NCBI GenBank assembly: GCA_032718475.1
Contig: JAUCBJ010006960.1
Coordinates: 1 to 64,000, forward strand
DNA: 64,000 nt
Source of the DNA: Nemertoderma westbladi
Taxonomy: Eukaryota; Animalia; Xenacoelomorpha
Reading direction: 5' to 3'
This document shows, one piece after another, positions 49,134 through 61,466 of this stretch. Numbering within the stretch: the stretch's first letter is position 1; each line of letters begins with the position of its first letter. The notes under the pieces were generated by a model. The model was not told where the DNA came from. It searched no databases and saw nothing but the letters and a program-made list of their open reading frames with translations. The position numbers and the translations under genes are program-made.

Positions 49134-49232
49134 ATAAATGGGAACAAGGCAACTTGTTAAACAGAGTGGATCACCCATGGTGATGAAAAGGCATTACTTG
49201 GCTTAACGAGCCTAAAAGATTCTTCCATCCAA
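49134..49232 (+). mobile_element. Truncated 3' fragment of the SINE family seen at 56672
   Basis: TAAATGGGAACAAGGCAACTTG...TTGGCTTAACGAGCCTAAAAGATTCT; duplicated at ~62452-62550. Confidence 0.7.
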
Positions 49233-49837
49233 TAATTAAATTTTTATTTAATATCAAGCTTGGCAAGTAAAATCTATACCAGGAGGTATATTGTATTTAC
49301 AGTACATACTGTGATGTTTCTGTTATTGTATCAATATTATGCTATCAATTGTATAACATTTTCGCATTTCAAATATTACATATATGCAAAATTATTTTCG
49401 ATATATACATATATATTTTCTTGTACATATGCAAAATTATTTTCGATATATACATATATATATTCTTTATATTATGTATTTAGTTCTATTTAATATGTTT
49501 TTATTCTGTCAGTATTCGTTGTGCTATCACTATGTGGGCAATTCCATGGAAAAATGGAATTCCAGGGAAAAATGGAATTCCATAAGGGAAAGACATTTTC
49601 ATCCATTTTTACGCCGTTTTTTTGCATTGAAATCTATAAAGATGAAATTGTCTGTTTAAATTTTGTCAATCTGTTAATTAACAATTTGCGAGAAATGCTA
49701 TGTATGGATTTTGAAAAATGATTTTTGTTTGCAGTGTTTTCGAGGTCATCTACTAGAACATACGGTATTATCTCAATTTCAAAAATAATTATATTTGCCT
49801 TAGGCCAGATAGGGTGTATGTGTCCATACATACCCTC

Positions 49838-51125
49838 TACTACTAGGATCGGCATGCTGCATTGCAGCCGCATTTTTAAGAATGCTGTGCCGGCTTGTCA
49901 ACAAAATTGCACCGCCACAACTCCCTATCACCCATGACATTTGCTAGATCATCCGCATCTTTAAGGCCAGTGTCCTTTAAGATGCGTCTCAAGAAAGTCA
50001 TGGGCTGTCCACCATGCTTATTCACTCCATGAGGCTGCCAAAGTACAAGATTATGCACTGGCTGGTCCTCACGGCGAAAGCAATGTCCTGCAAAGCGGAG
50101 GCGATTTTGTTCTAGTGTCAAGCTTGGGGGAACCAATGAGATACCTCCAATGTTATATAGTGTCTGGTTGGAGATGTGTGCATTGTACTTGACACAATGA
50201 ACCCGGCGTAGCATTCTTGTGAATGTGCCATCCAGAGATTTGGTGTCCTCAGCAGTTAGAGCCCAGCATGGACTCCCGTAGAGGAGTACTGGAACAACTG
50301 CTGCTCTAAATAATCGGACCTTAAGTTTCCGATTAATTCTCGGTGACTTCCAAATCCTGGAAAGCCTATTCAAGGCTGCCCATGCCTTTCCCTTACATAT
50401 TCGAAGGTCCTCACCTGACTTCCGGATCCATGATCCCAGGTAACAGAAGTCGTCCACATGCTCAAGCATACCATCCTTTGAGCTTATGCTCATCCGATCA
50501 GAGACTTGCTGAGGACTTTTCAAAGTTAAAAGTCAGAATTTTGGTCTTTCTGGAGTTAATAAAAAGACCAACACTAGAAGCAGCATGTTCTAATGAGCTG
50601 AGGAGCCGTTGGGCTCCCTCTAATGATTCTGAGAGTACTCCTAAGTCATCAGCAAAGTCTAGATCAGTTAGGTACTTGGCAGGATTTCCTCGACTTCTGG
50701 AGCCAGTAGGTGGAGTTATCATCACCCCATCATCATTATAATGATCTAAGGACTTGCGTAGAACATAGTCAACCACAATAATGAACAAGAATGGTGCAAG
50801 TGTGTCTCCTTGGAGGACCCCCCATAACACTACAAATGGTTCTGTGTCACCATCAACAGTAGACACAAATGTTGTCGAACCATCGTATACTGATCTGATT
50901 GCTGCAATAATTTCATCAGGAAACCCATATAATGAAAGTATGCTGAACATACGTGAGCGAGAGACTGAATCAAAGGCCTTGAAGAAGTCAACAAAGATAA
51001 CAGCCAGATGCCTGTCTTTCTTTTTTGATAACTCTTCAATTATCCTTCTAAGTGCCAAAATGGGCTCCATGGTCCCACGACCTTTACGGAACCCATTCTG
51101 ATTTCCACGGAGCAGTCTCTCAACA
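49838..51125 (-). mobile_element. 5'-truncated RTE-like LINE (RT and C-terminal domain, frameshifted)
   Basis: FVDFFKAFDSV, GVLQGDTLAPFLF, LDFADD, FCYLGS, LLYGSPCW, RLRFAGHC; (TAG)n tail. Confidence 0.9.
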
Positions 51126-51499
51126 CGTATTGCATGTTAAATAAAGTGTAACATTACTTTCACTATACTCGAGAGCAATGGCAAACTATGGGAAGGCAAC
51201 CTAAATAGGATGATTGACCATATGTGGCTGAAAATTATGTTTCGCATGGTCTGCCAGAGTGGTAGATAGAACCATCAGCATTCCATGGGAATCAAATGGA
51301 AGCACCACCCCAGATAGAGTACAATCAGGTCATACACGCAGAAATCGTAGCACAACCCGCGTGTACAGCACTAAATCCAAATGCCGACATATATGACTAT
51401 TACCCCATAACTGTAGGGAGAGCAGACATAATAGAGCAGCCCTTATACGTGCATCCCAATATAACACGGCACCAATGGAACAGCAATATAATCATCAGG

Positions 51500-52440
51500 C
51501 GATCTCTGCAGCACCAGTAAGCCACAATAACCCTATAGAGTGGCTAACCAACACGAGGCCCTTATAGCGGCAGATGGAAGGAACCACCCAGTAGAAGCCC
51601 TAAATTTGGACCAATAACAGTCAAGGTGGGACGTACATACAACAAGAGGTGGGGTGCAATACTGCTTTGTTATACCAGTAGAGTGGTCGCTCTTGAGGTG
51701 GTAAGAAACGCCAGTGCAGATGCATCTGCACTGCAGATGCACTGAGTAGGTTTATAAGAAACCATGGAGGGATAAAGAAGTTAAGTTCCGATAATGGAGG
51801 AAACTTAATAGGAACAAATGAGGGACTTAAAACATTATATCAATACGCGCAGACACCAGAGGTAAAAGCGACGGCAATGCGGAATGGAATAGAGTGGAAA
51901 TTCCATACAACTTATGTGCCACACTCATTCGGGGTGTGTGAGTGATTAATAGGGTCAGCCAAGCGACAAATAATAGCAGTAACCATGAACAGATGCCTTA
52001 ACGAGGATAACCTAGCACCAATATTCGCAGAGACAGCGGCGACAATGAATAGTAGACCTCTGTGCGCGCAAAGTGATGATCAGAATTCATACGAAGTAAT
52101 TACACCCAGTCACCTACTGTTACAACGGGAACTATTTCATGACAGAGATAATTACATTAAAAGGATGTGGAAAGGATATTCTGGAAGAGATGGGTAAAGG
52201 AGTACCTCCCCACTCTATACAAGAGACAGAAGTGGCGTATAGAGAAACGAGACCTGCTAGTCAATGATGCAGTCATAGTGACGGACGACACATTGAAGAA
52301 GTTCGACTTGATCTTAGCCAGAGTGGTCAGTACAAAGACCGAGAAAGACAAAACGTCAGAACAGTCGACCTAAGGACAGTGAATAGTGGTAAGAAAACCA
52401 TTCTAAGACCAAAAAAAATGATGTTTATTGGAACAGTAAA
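51500..52440 (+). pseudogene. Degenerate BEL/Pao integrase fragment
   Basis: SDNGGNLIG, MNSRPL, TPSHLLL, FWKRWVKEYLPTL...RQKW, with stops and frameshifts. Confidence 0.8.
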
Positions 52441-53092
52441 GCCTAAAATTAGAAACATCGTGCATTGAAAATAAAACTCTGGCGTATACCCATTAGAAGT
52501 AAAATAAAGTCATAAAGTAGTAAAAGTTAAATTAAATTAAAGTATAAAATGAGATTATAGACATACGATATACTGGACGTACGATGACATGTGATTATTA
52601 CAATGACATGATTTATGACATATAGAATGAATGTATGAGGGACAGAAATTAAATAAGAATTTAAATAATAAAGTGATAAAGAATGGGTATTTAAACCCAT
52701 AGAAAGTGAGACGAATTGGAATTGAAGTGAATCCCATATATAATTTTATCGCATTATTAACAGCAGAAGAAACTAATGCAAAAGTGATACAACCGTTTGA
52801 TCGGCTGCCCTGGAACATTATTTAGTGCCGACTGGACGTTAAATATAGGTGAGACAGGACACCTAGCCGTCACCTTCAAGGCAGAACCCCCTAAGTCGAT
52901 TTTTGTAGTTCTGAGATAATCGATAAAAACTGTTTATTTTTTAGAGAGATGCCTCAATCTACTTGTTATTGTGTTTTTTGACAACTATAATTCATATAAG
53001 TAAACTTTCAAATTGAGTTAGAATCACCATTGTTATATTATTGAGGTTTTTTGTAAAAAATTCTGACTTATAGTGATTTGCCAAGATAAGGA

Positions 53093-53376
53093 GGTAAAGT
53101 AAAGTAAAAAGTAAATTTTCTTCGGCCGCTTGGCCAGGGATTACGCACAAAGTCTGACGACTTATTTCCAGTGCGGTCCCCCCAGAACTTTACTCCTCAG
53201 AGGAAACTCCAGTACTCATTTAGCTACCACTTAAGGATGCAAGGCAGAGATGAGCCCTGGCTGGTCCCTTTAAAGCATTCGTGCCGAAACTAAAACTGCC
53301 CTGGCCCATGTGAGGATCGAACCCACGACCTACAGGAGATGTGAATTCAATGCAACCACTACACCAAGGTGGAACC
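53093..53376 (-). mobile_element. tRNA-derived SINE (family A)
   Basis: A box TGGTGTAGTGG, B box GGGTTCGATCC, core GCCTTGCATCCTTAAGTGGTAGCTAAAATGAGTAC, (TTTAC)n tail. Confidence 0.8.
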
Positions 53377-54098
53377 TTAGGTACACCTTCTTCTGGCATT
53401 ATCCCGTAATTATACGATAGTTGTGGGGTAATGCCAGAAAAACATGGTATCCTCAACTTGGCAAAACACCATAAGTCAGATTTTTTTACAAAAAACCCGC
53501 AAATATCAATTATTAGCCAAGGTGTATCGTGCATCCTTAATTATTTAGTGTGTAGTGAGCACCGTAATACTAACATGTGCGCACTTGTTAGCTAATACGT
53601 GCTATCTACCATGTTAACTAGCACATGAGCAGGTGATGGTATTAACTGTGCATGCAATAATAACAAATAAGTACATACAATATGCTAATACACTTGCACA
53701 CAAGTAGGAAATTTTTGTATTCAAAATCGGACTCTTTTGGGAATCCATATATATATGTGATTCAGACTGCCCCGAGCACATGGACATGAAACGTCATTAT
53801 ATCGAGGCTAATTTTATGCATCATTTATGCGTGAATGCGTATTTGTGGTCAAATTGGGCTATTATTACATAACTATTTTCGGCCAAATTACTGGTCAACC
53901 AGCAGGAAATTCTATAACAGCGGTTGCACCACCAGACTTAATCTGTTCTAAATGATACTTTGCAGATCTATTCCCGACCGATATATATTTAATTACATAC
54001 ATACAGTACTAGAAGTATACATACAGACCACATTATATAAATTTACCTAGACAACAGAATAAATACAAAATCAGAAATTTAGGTTACCCCAAGCACCA

Positions 54099-55061
54099 CT
54101 AACCACCTCTTGCGCAACACCGAGGATTTGATTGATTGACCGAGAGAGGAGAAACGTTAGCAATTGCACGAATAATGATGTTTTGTGAAACATCAATACG
54201 TCGTAGCAAAAAAAAAATATTACTTCTCTGCATAGCCCTAAAAGTATTGCTCCTATTATTTACAAAAATTTCACTAGCATCCTCAGTTCTAGAATATTTG
54301 AAAAGTGATCTAAAAGCAGTATTATAAGCTACCTTAACCTTGCGCAAATTCTCAACACGAAATATAGACCAGAGTGAACAACAGTACATGCTGTAACAGT
54401 AGGATCTAAATAAGGTTAACTTTACTTCACATGAACAATTCGAAAATAATCTAGCAATCTGGTTACCCCTACAATACATTGAGCACATTATACGTTTCAT
54501 ATCTGATTCATCGCTTAGATCGCAAGTAATTGTATGACCAAGGTAATTAACCTCCTTAACACAATGTAATGGTTTACCACAAAGATATACATCACCAGCA
54601 CGGTTAATTCTATAAGGAAGAAAATACATACAGTGAGATTTAAGCGGGTTAAATTCCATATCAAATTCCACCCCAAACTTTTCACAAATAGCAATTAACT
54701 TACGTAGACCAAAAATGCTAGGGGATAATAAACATAGATCGTCTGCATAAAAAAGATTATTAATAATAATGGAACCTACTTTGCAACCAACAAAAGAGTC
54801 GTTTAAACGTCTACTTAATTCCGTCATATAGATATTAAAGAGAAGAGGGCTGAGAAGGCTCCCCTGTCGTACACCATTAGTAACAGTGAAGACATCCGAG
54901 GAAGCACTTCCCCATCTTACAAAAATATATTGATTTGAATACCAAAAGGAAAGAATTCGCACAATTGAAACCGGTACATTAATATCCAATAGCTGTCTAA
55001 ATAATTTAAAATGATTTACCCGGTCAAACGCCTTAGACGCATCTAAGAACGCCGAATACAC
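54099..55061 (-). mobile_element. Non-LTR retrotransposon RT fragment (5'-truncated LINE)
   Basis: FLDASKAFDRV, GVRQGSLLSPLLFN, LFYADD, YLGH. Confidence 0.9.
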
Positions 55062-55628
55062 ATTATAGTACTCCCTTCAAACAGACAATATTTATTGGGA
55101 CTACAAATATTGTACCTCATATTGTACTATATACATGGATCATTCATTTTTTGAAAATATATTTCGTACTACATTGATGGGATTTTAAAATATATTTATA
55201 TGATTGTTTATATAGTATATTTGACTGGGAGAGGATATGGCTGCATATTGGTTTTTAATTTTGGATAGTTACACCCGTTACTGTGTAAGTATAATATTAT
55301 TACATTACATATAACATACATTACATATATTATTACATTATTACATTATAGCTTTATATATTTTATATTTAGTATATCTTTGCAGATTATTATGATAAAA
55401 TTACTGTAAATAAATTTACTCTGTATAATATTCATTCAAGTAAAGTATGTTTATTATGTGAATTATTATCGTTTGAAACAAAAGATTTATAATTGCAACC
55501 CTTAACATGCACCTAGTTTTTATATCTCACGAAACAGTTCTTCCAAGACAGGGACAATATAGTAATGGAGTATTAATAATCTTAAGATATAATGAACCGT
55601 TTAAAGTTGTTGAGTCAGACCAGCCCTT

Positions 55629-55769
55629 TTAAGCAGCAGCCTCTTCCATACCTTCCTTCACGCATCGCATTATAAAATCCCAATAAAGAGACAATGCGAC
55701 AAGTGTATCTTGATCCACCATTCCACCGCAACACTGAATAACCATGTTTACAAAAGCCGGCTTCATAAG
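55629..55769 (-). CDS. Globin exon 3 (G7 to C-terminus)
   Basis: TTTTTTAG| phase 0; LMKPAFVNMVIQCCGGMVDQDTLVALSLYWDFIMRCVKEGMEEAAA*. Confidence 0.85.
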   Translation of the reverse strand, partial: LMKPAFVNMVIQCCGGMVDQDTLVALSLYWDFIMRCVKEGMEEAAA

Positions 55770-55987
55770 CTAAAAAATAAAAAGTAAGATAACTTCAATC
55801 AATAGAAATACAAATAAGTAACATTACTCCATTCAATAGCCTCTCTACATACTGTATAGAGTGTATAATTGTTTTTAATTCTCCACTAACGACTTGACAC
55901 TGTCGCCTGTCGCCAATGGATTTTGTCAAAAGTTAATGTATATAGAAAGATTCAAGAATAATATGTCAATACATAGTTTTGAACCAG

Positions 55988-56056
55988 ATTTTGTTGACAA
56001 GCCGGCACAGCATTCTTAAAAATGCAGCTGCAATGCAGCATGCCGATCCTAGTAGT
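55988..56056 (+). mobile_element. Short 3' end of the same RTE-like LINE, in globin intron 2
   Basis: TTTTGTTGACAAGCCGGCACAGCATTCTTAAAAATGCAGCTGCAATGCAGCATGCCGATCCTAGTAG matches the reverse complement of ~49841-49907. Confidence 0.85.
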
Positions 56057-56321
56057 TGAACTAAGCCTACTGATACCCACATGCACGCATGACACATATT
56101 ACCAATATATAATGTACATTCCTTATCGTATTAATGCCGGTTTATTTGTTTAAACTTTGCACATTTTTGGTCAACTCTTAGTCAGGAACCTGAAAATTTA
56201 TTTTCGTAACGAATTTAACTTATCCTCAACTTAAGTTTACGTGGCAGAGATGGAGTCAAATTCGTGACAGAGTAATCGGCAACAAAATGCTGACAAAGTT
56301 GATCACCAGTTTTCTACTTAC

Positions 56322-56547
56322 ATCGAACATTTTAAAAGGAACTGTGTGAGCTGTGTGGGTCCTCCCGAGATTTCTCCACATATCCGCGCAGACAGTGGGT
56401 TCTGCAACCTTATTTATAGTACAAGTAATGTGGCTGAGCCCTCGCGTAAGATGTGCTTCCATGTGGATGTTTTCACGAAGTTCATACAGTGGTCTATCTT
56501 TGACGAACCAGAAGTAGTTTTGTGCTTCAGGTGTATCAGTGAAAAAC
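56322..56547 (-). CDS. Globin exon 2 (B12 to G6; heme pocket)
   Basis: TTTAG| phase 2 and GAT|GTAAGT phase 0; C2 Pro (TP), CD1 Phe (NYF), distal His E7 (EAH), proximal His F8 (LGRTH), VPFKMF. Confidence 0.92.
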
Positions 56548-56671
56548 CTAAACAATTCAGTGACAGCTTGGTAGAGAAAATAAGAGAATAATTAATATCC
56601 AAAACAAATTTTTGGATTTTAAAAATATTGTGTAAAATGTTATTATTTTATTATTAATATTATTATTTTAA

Positions 56672-56943
56672 GCAGCATCTTGGTCTAGTGGTGACATTAC
56701 TGTGCTTCCGATTAAGGAGCCCGGGTTCGATCCCTAGATGGGGCAGCACTGTTTGGGCACAGTGCTTTAAATGCTTGCAGCCTAGCCCAACCCCGGCTTT
56801 CATCCTTCAGTGGTCGATAAATGGGAACCAAGGCAACTTGGGAAACAGAGTGGAAGGGTTTACTGTGGAAGATCATCCATGGTGGTGAACAGGCATTCCT
56901 TGGCTTAACGAGCCTAAAAGATTCTCCCATTCAATATTATTAC
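56672..56943 (+). mobile_element. tRNA-derived SINE (family B), source of the 63-bp satellite; in globin intron 1
   Basis: A box TGGTCTAGTGG, B box GGGTTCGATCC, core GCTTTCATCCTTCAGTGGTCGATAAATGGGAACC, satellite unit at 56841-56901, (TAT)n tail. Confidence 0.85.
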
Positions 56944-57071
56944 AGTATTTTGTTATTTATAAAATGGTTACGGTTACCATGGTTAATCATCAAATATGGT
57001 GGGTTACCTCGGCTATTATCTTGTACAACTTCAAAACTTTAAACTGCTGCATTGCATATTTTCTCACTTAA

Positions 57072-57444
57072 GGCCCGTTCACATCCAACGGAACGGTACA
57101 CCGCGCGGTGTACCACATCCAACGGAACGGTACACCGCGCGGTGTACCACATCCAACGGAACGGTACACCGCGCGGTGTACCGCAGGGCCAGCGGTACAC
57201 CGCTGACTGTGAACGACTCAACAGGTAGTTGTGCGCTAAACCGCGCGGTTTACCACAGCCCATTTAAACAATGTTAAAACAATTAATGTAATTTCCTGTT
57301 GAATTCACAGTCGACAGATAGACAATCAGTTACCGCAATTGTACCGTTGGGTGTAAACGGGCTCCGGGTAGTGTACCGCTGGCTTACCGCTTCAATACCG
57401 CCAGACTACTTTACCGCTCACGCACCGTTGGATGTGAACGGGGC
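57072..57444. mobile_element. MITE with ~20-bp TIRs and TTAA flanks; internal tandem palindromic units
   Basis: TTAA|GGCCCGTTCACATCCAACGG ... CCGTTGGATGTGAACGGGGC|TTAA; three units containing GGTACACCGCGCGGTGTACC. Confidence 0.8.
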
Positions 57445-57664
57445 TTAATGTTGTCCTACATGGCGCTTCAAATCGGAGATTAATCAGAAATAAATTATTG
57501 TAGGCTATTGTTCTCTTTTGATAGTAATTATCCATTAAATAAATATCCATTCATCCATCCAAAAATACCCAATATTTGGTCTCCTGTAGGCCTATCCGCT
57601 ATCTGAACATTGTTAACCTTATGCATTAACTTTTTATCGGTACTTACTTCCGATGACTTAAGAC

Positions 57665-57908
57665 GGGGTAGCTCAGTTGGCTGAGCGCCGGACCTGCAAT
57701 CTATTGGTTGTAGGTTCGGCCCCGCCAGGGTCCACTCAGTCTTTCATCCACTGGGGTCGATAAAATGAGTACCAGTTAAATAACTGGGAGCAAATCTTGG
57801 GATAGGAGTAACACCCACCCCAACCCTCAGGTAGCAGCTATCGAAAGAGGAGCCTTTGGGTCGCCTCCGTCTTCAGCCGACTGTTTGCGATAAAACTTAC
57901 TTTATTTT
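57665..57908 (+). mobile_element. tRNA-derived SINE (family C); in globin intron 1
   Basis: GGGGTAGCTCAGTTGG...GGTTCGG head, core CTCAGTCTTTCATCCACTGGGGTCGATAAAATGAGTACCAG, ACTTACTTT tail. Confidence 0.8.
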
Positions 57909-58037
57909 CCAAGTTGTATATTACAACCTCATTACTTTACGAATCACCGATAGTTGACATCAATTTGTGGTGCCTCTTAACTCACTCATGTTACATTATA
58001 TTTATCCACCCACAATCTCAAAACTTGTTCAACTTAC

Positions 58038-58135
58038 TTGTTCATAAATATCAATCCAGGTTCATGATATCCATCAGCTACAACTTTATCCCACACTTTT
58101 TTCACTAGGAATTGTTGTGAATCAGTTAGCGCCAT
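58038..58135 (-). CDS. Globin exon 1 (N-terminus to B12); full protein 154 aa
   Basis: MALTDSQQFLVKKVWDKVVADGYHEPGLIFMN-AA|GTAAGT; A12 Trp and B6 Gly; introns at the canonical B12.2 and G7.0 positions. Confidence 0.9.
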
Positions 58136-58458
58136 TAAATAGATGTTGTATTATATAGCAATGGGAGAATTTTAATGTCTTGAATGGCAAAATTTTCTCA
58201 AATTTCCTTAGCAGTGGTTTGAAAGTTTCAACCACCTCACCTCTTGGACAATCGCCAAAATTTACATTAAATTATTTTTACGTAAAAAATACAAGAAGCA
58301 AATTGCTGTCTACTACTAAGAACAATAATGAATTAATTGTTGATAACAGTTATAGATAAATAATATGATTATTTGCAATGATAGCTTGTGTGAAAGTAGC
58401 AAGCAAGAAGTACGATAAAGGTATTTAAAATAATATATTACATTTTAGTATGGCTGAA

Positions 58459-58838
58459 ATTTTAGTATTTTAGTATTATTATTATTATTATTATTATTTA
58501 GTATTATTTTAGTATTTTAGTATTATTATTATTATTATTATTATTTAGTATTATTTTAGTATTTTAGTATTATTATTATTATTATTATTAATTAGTATTA
58601 TTTTAGTATTTTAGTATTATTATTATTATTATTTAGTATTATTTTAGTATTTTAGTATTATTATTATTATTATTATTATTTAGTATTATTTTAGTATTTT
58701 AGTATTATTATTATTATTATTATTATTTAGTATTATTTTAGTATTTTAGTATTATTATTATTATTATTATTATTTAGTATTATTTTAGTATTTTAGTATT
58801 ATTATTATTATTTAGTATTTTATTTAGTATTTTAGTAT
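58459..58838 (+). repeat. AT-rich ~35-45-bp minisatellite (TTAGTATTATTTTAGTATTTTAG(TAT)n)
   Basis: Directly visible, ~320 bp upstream of the globin ATG. Confidence 0.9.
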
Positions 58839-61466
58839 GGCAGCTTAGTATTGTGCTGGTGGATTTACAAGTTGTCTTTGTAAAATGAGTACAGGTAAAT
58901 GTAATATTTAATTAAATTATGTTGTGACTTATAGTATCCAGTAATTGATGAGACGGACAAATGGATGGACAAATTAATATATAGTCTCAATTTTTAATAT
59001 CAATTAAAGGGAAGGGGGTAGGCACGTAATTCTAACCAAAACAATAAACTAAAGTCGATAGGACAGGTTACCCTATCTGAATTGAATATAAATAAAGAAG
59101 ACATTTAAACCAGACAACACACCAACAAATTACATCACTATGTTTACACACAAACATTAAATTAGTCTTTGTAAGTCATACGATACTTATAAAAACCGTT
59201 GTATCATCTCAAACTGCATCATATAAAAAATCAATAATATATTAATTAAATTATATACGATGATATTTGCCAGGTTTCCAACTAGAATGCACTGTAGGTA
59301 GTTTTAACTCTCTGTACAGCCAAGTATGTTGTACTTTATGATATTTAATTAATAGTCATTTCATATATAAAGGAAGAACCTTTTGTCGAAGTTATTATTG
59401 TGCATTCGGTTTATTCCCAATTAAAAGGATTAATTGATTTATATAATTATGCAATGCACCATACTGGAAGAGATCAAGTATAGGTATTTATTAATCCAGT
59501 TTGGAACTTGGCAAGCATTATTATAAATATAAAATAATTGTGATCAAAGTAGCCTACAGTGTATGAAGGTATAGAATAGCTGAAATACCAATTTTGTGAG
59601 TTTAGTTTATTGACCGTCCGCAACTCCACCACCTCCATCCGCGACATAACAACATCCTCCTACCTATAACAATAGGCTTATGTATCATTAATGTATTATA
59701 AATAATATAAGATACATGAGGTATACTATCTCTAGTATAATAGTAGAACCAAATCTTCTTTATTACAGCAGTTCTATACATAAAGTTTACAACATATCTT
59801 TTTAATATTGTTTCAGGTAGGCGTAGTTGAGAATAAATTTTAGGACGTCAGAAAATTTAAAACAATCTAAACTAAATTGTAAATGAATTATACTGTATCA
59901 ACTTATTGTACCCTTTCTAAAATAACATTTACTGGCCATTTTTGGAGATATTTTTGACCCACCCTCTTCATCGTCACAAAATGGCTACCACCGATAAGGG
60001 TGGGGGTGGCAAGACGCCATTTTCTCCCCCCTTTACCTATCACCCCCCCCCCCCCCCCCCCCACTCACACACACAGCCTCCTCTGAAAGTTTTGGTCATT
60101 GTCCTGGCTTTGACAGTACAATGCACCCCACACTTTCTGAGGGCCTCTACCAGGTTCTGACATTACCCTCCCCCTCGACGGATACCATCCTGGACGGATA
60201 TTGCACTGCCACGGACGGATACCGCCACAGACGGATACCGCCACAGACGGATACCGCCACAGACGGATACCGCCACAGACGGATACCGCCACAGACGGAT
60301 ACCGCCATGGACAGATACCGCCATGGACAGATACCACCACATACAGATACTGCCATGGACAGATACCACCAGATACTGCCATGGACAGATACCACCACGG
60401 ATAGACACTGCCACGCACGGATACTGCCACAGACGGATACCGCCACAGACGGATACCGCCATGGACAGATACCGCCATGGACAGATACCACCACATACAG
60501 ATACTGCCATGGACAGATACCACCAGATACTGCCATGGACAGATACCACCACGGATAGACACTGCCACGCACGGATACTGCCACAGACGGATACTGCCAC
60601 GAACGGATACCACCATGGACGGATACTGCCACATATGGATACTGCACTGCCATGGACGGATACTGGCAGTATCCGTCCATGGCAGTGCAGTCATTATTGC
60701 AGCTGTTATTTGCATCCGTTTTCCCCTGGAGATGGTTGAATTTTGATTGCGTCTAAAAGCATTTTTGTTATTTATATAAATGTAGCGGAAATCCGGAAAT
60801 CCGTACCAAAGGTTTTATATCACTTTCAAAATAAAGTTATATTTACAAGTGTTTGATAAACCTCTATCAATGACAATCAATCGGCCGAACTCAACCATCT
60901 CTGATAACTAAGGAAAAAAAGGTGAAAATTTCATTGATATGTTGATTTATAATAATTATATTACCATTGCCGTCATCTGTGTTTCTACTTTTTAACTTAC
61001 TTTGATCTCTCCCTGTCATTTAATACAGTGACGTTTCTCAATAGGCCATTATAAGGTTAATTAAATATTATGTTTACTATCCTTTTTTTAAAGATAATAT
61101 CAATTCAGTTTTTCACTTTTTTTGTAACTTTTATTTACAGTATCCGATCCTTTTGTCCTTCTTTTGAACTGCATCCTGTCCTTTTTTTCCTTTTTTTTTT
61201 GAAAATATAAATTCCTTTTTTCCTTTTTTTCATCTATTTTTTTGGCTGGGAGGGCTGTACTGCCACGAACGGATACTGCCACAGACAGATACCACCATGG
61301 ACGGATACTGCCATACAGACAGATACCGCCACAGACGGATATACTGTAGCTTTTGTCTTCTTTTATAAACCGTATTTTTTAGTAGACTTTATCTTATGAT
61401 TAATTTAATTTAGTAAATTTAGCTCTTCATTTTGCAATCCAAGTGTTTAGAGATTTTTGTCAGAGG

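Larger units (their letters stand above)
46328..50728 (+). repeat. Segmental duplication copy 1 (partner 59660-64000, which runs off the window)
   Basis: Near-identical sequence starting CTACCTATAACAATAGGC at both sites; the ORF track shows duplicated ORFs. Confidence 0.95.

Noticed and set aside
57665-57735. tRNA gene (also the heads at 56672 and 53376)
   Set aside because: No proper acceptor stem, and the sequence continues into SINE core and tail.
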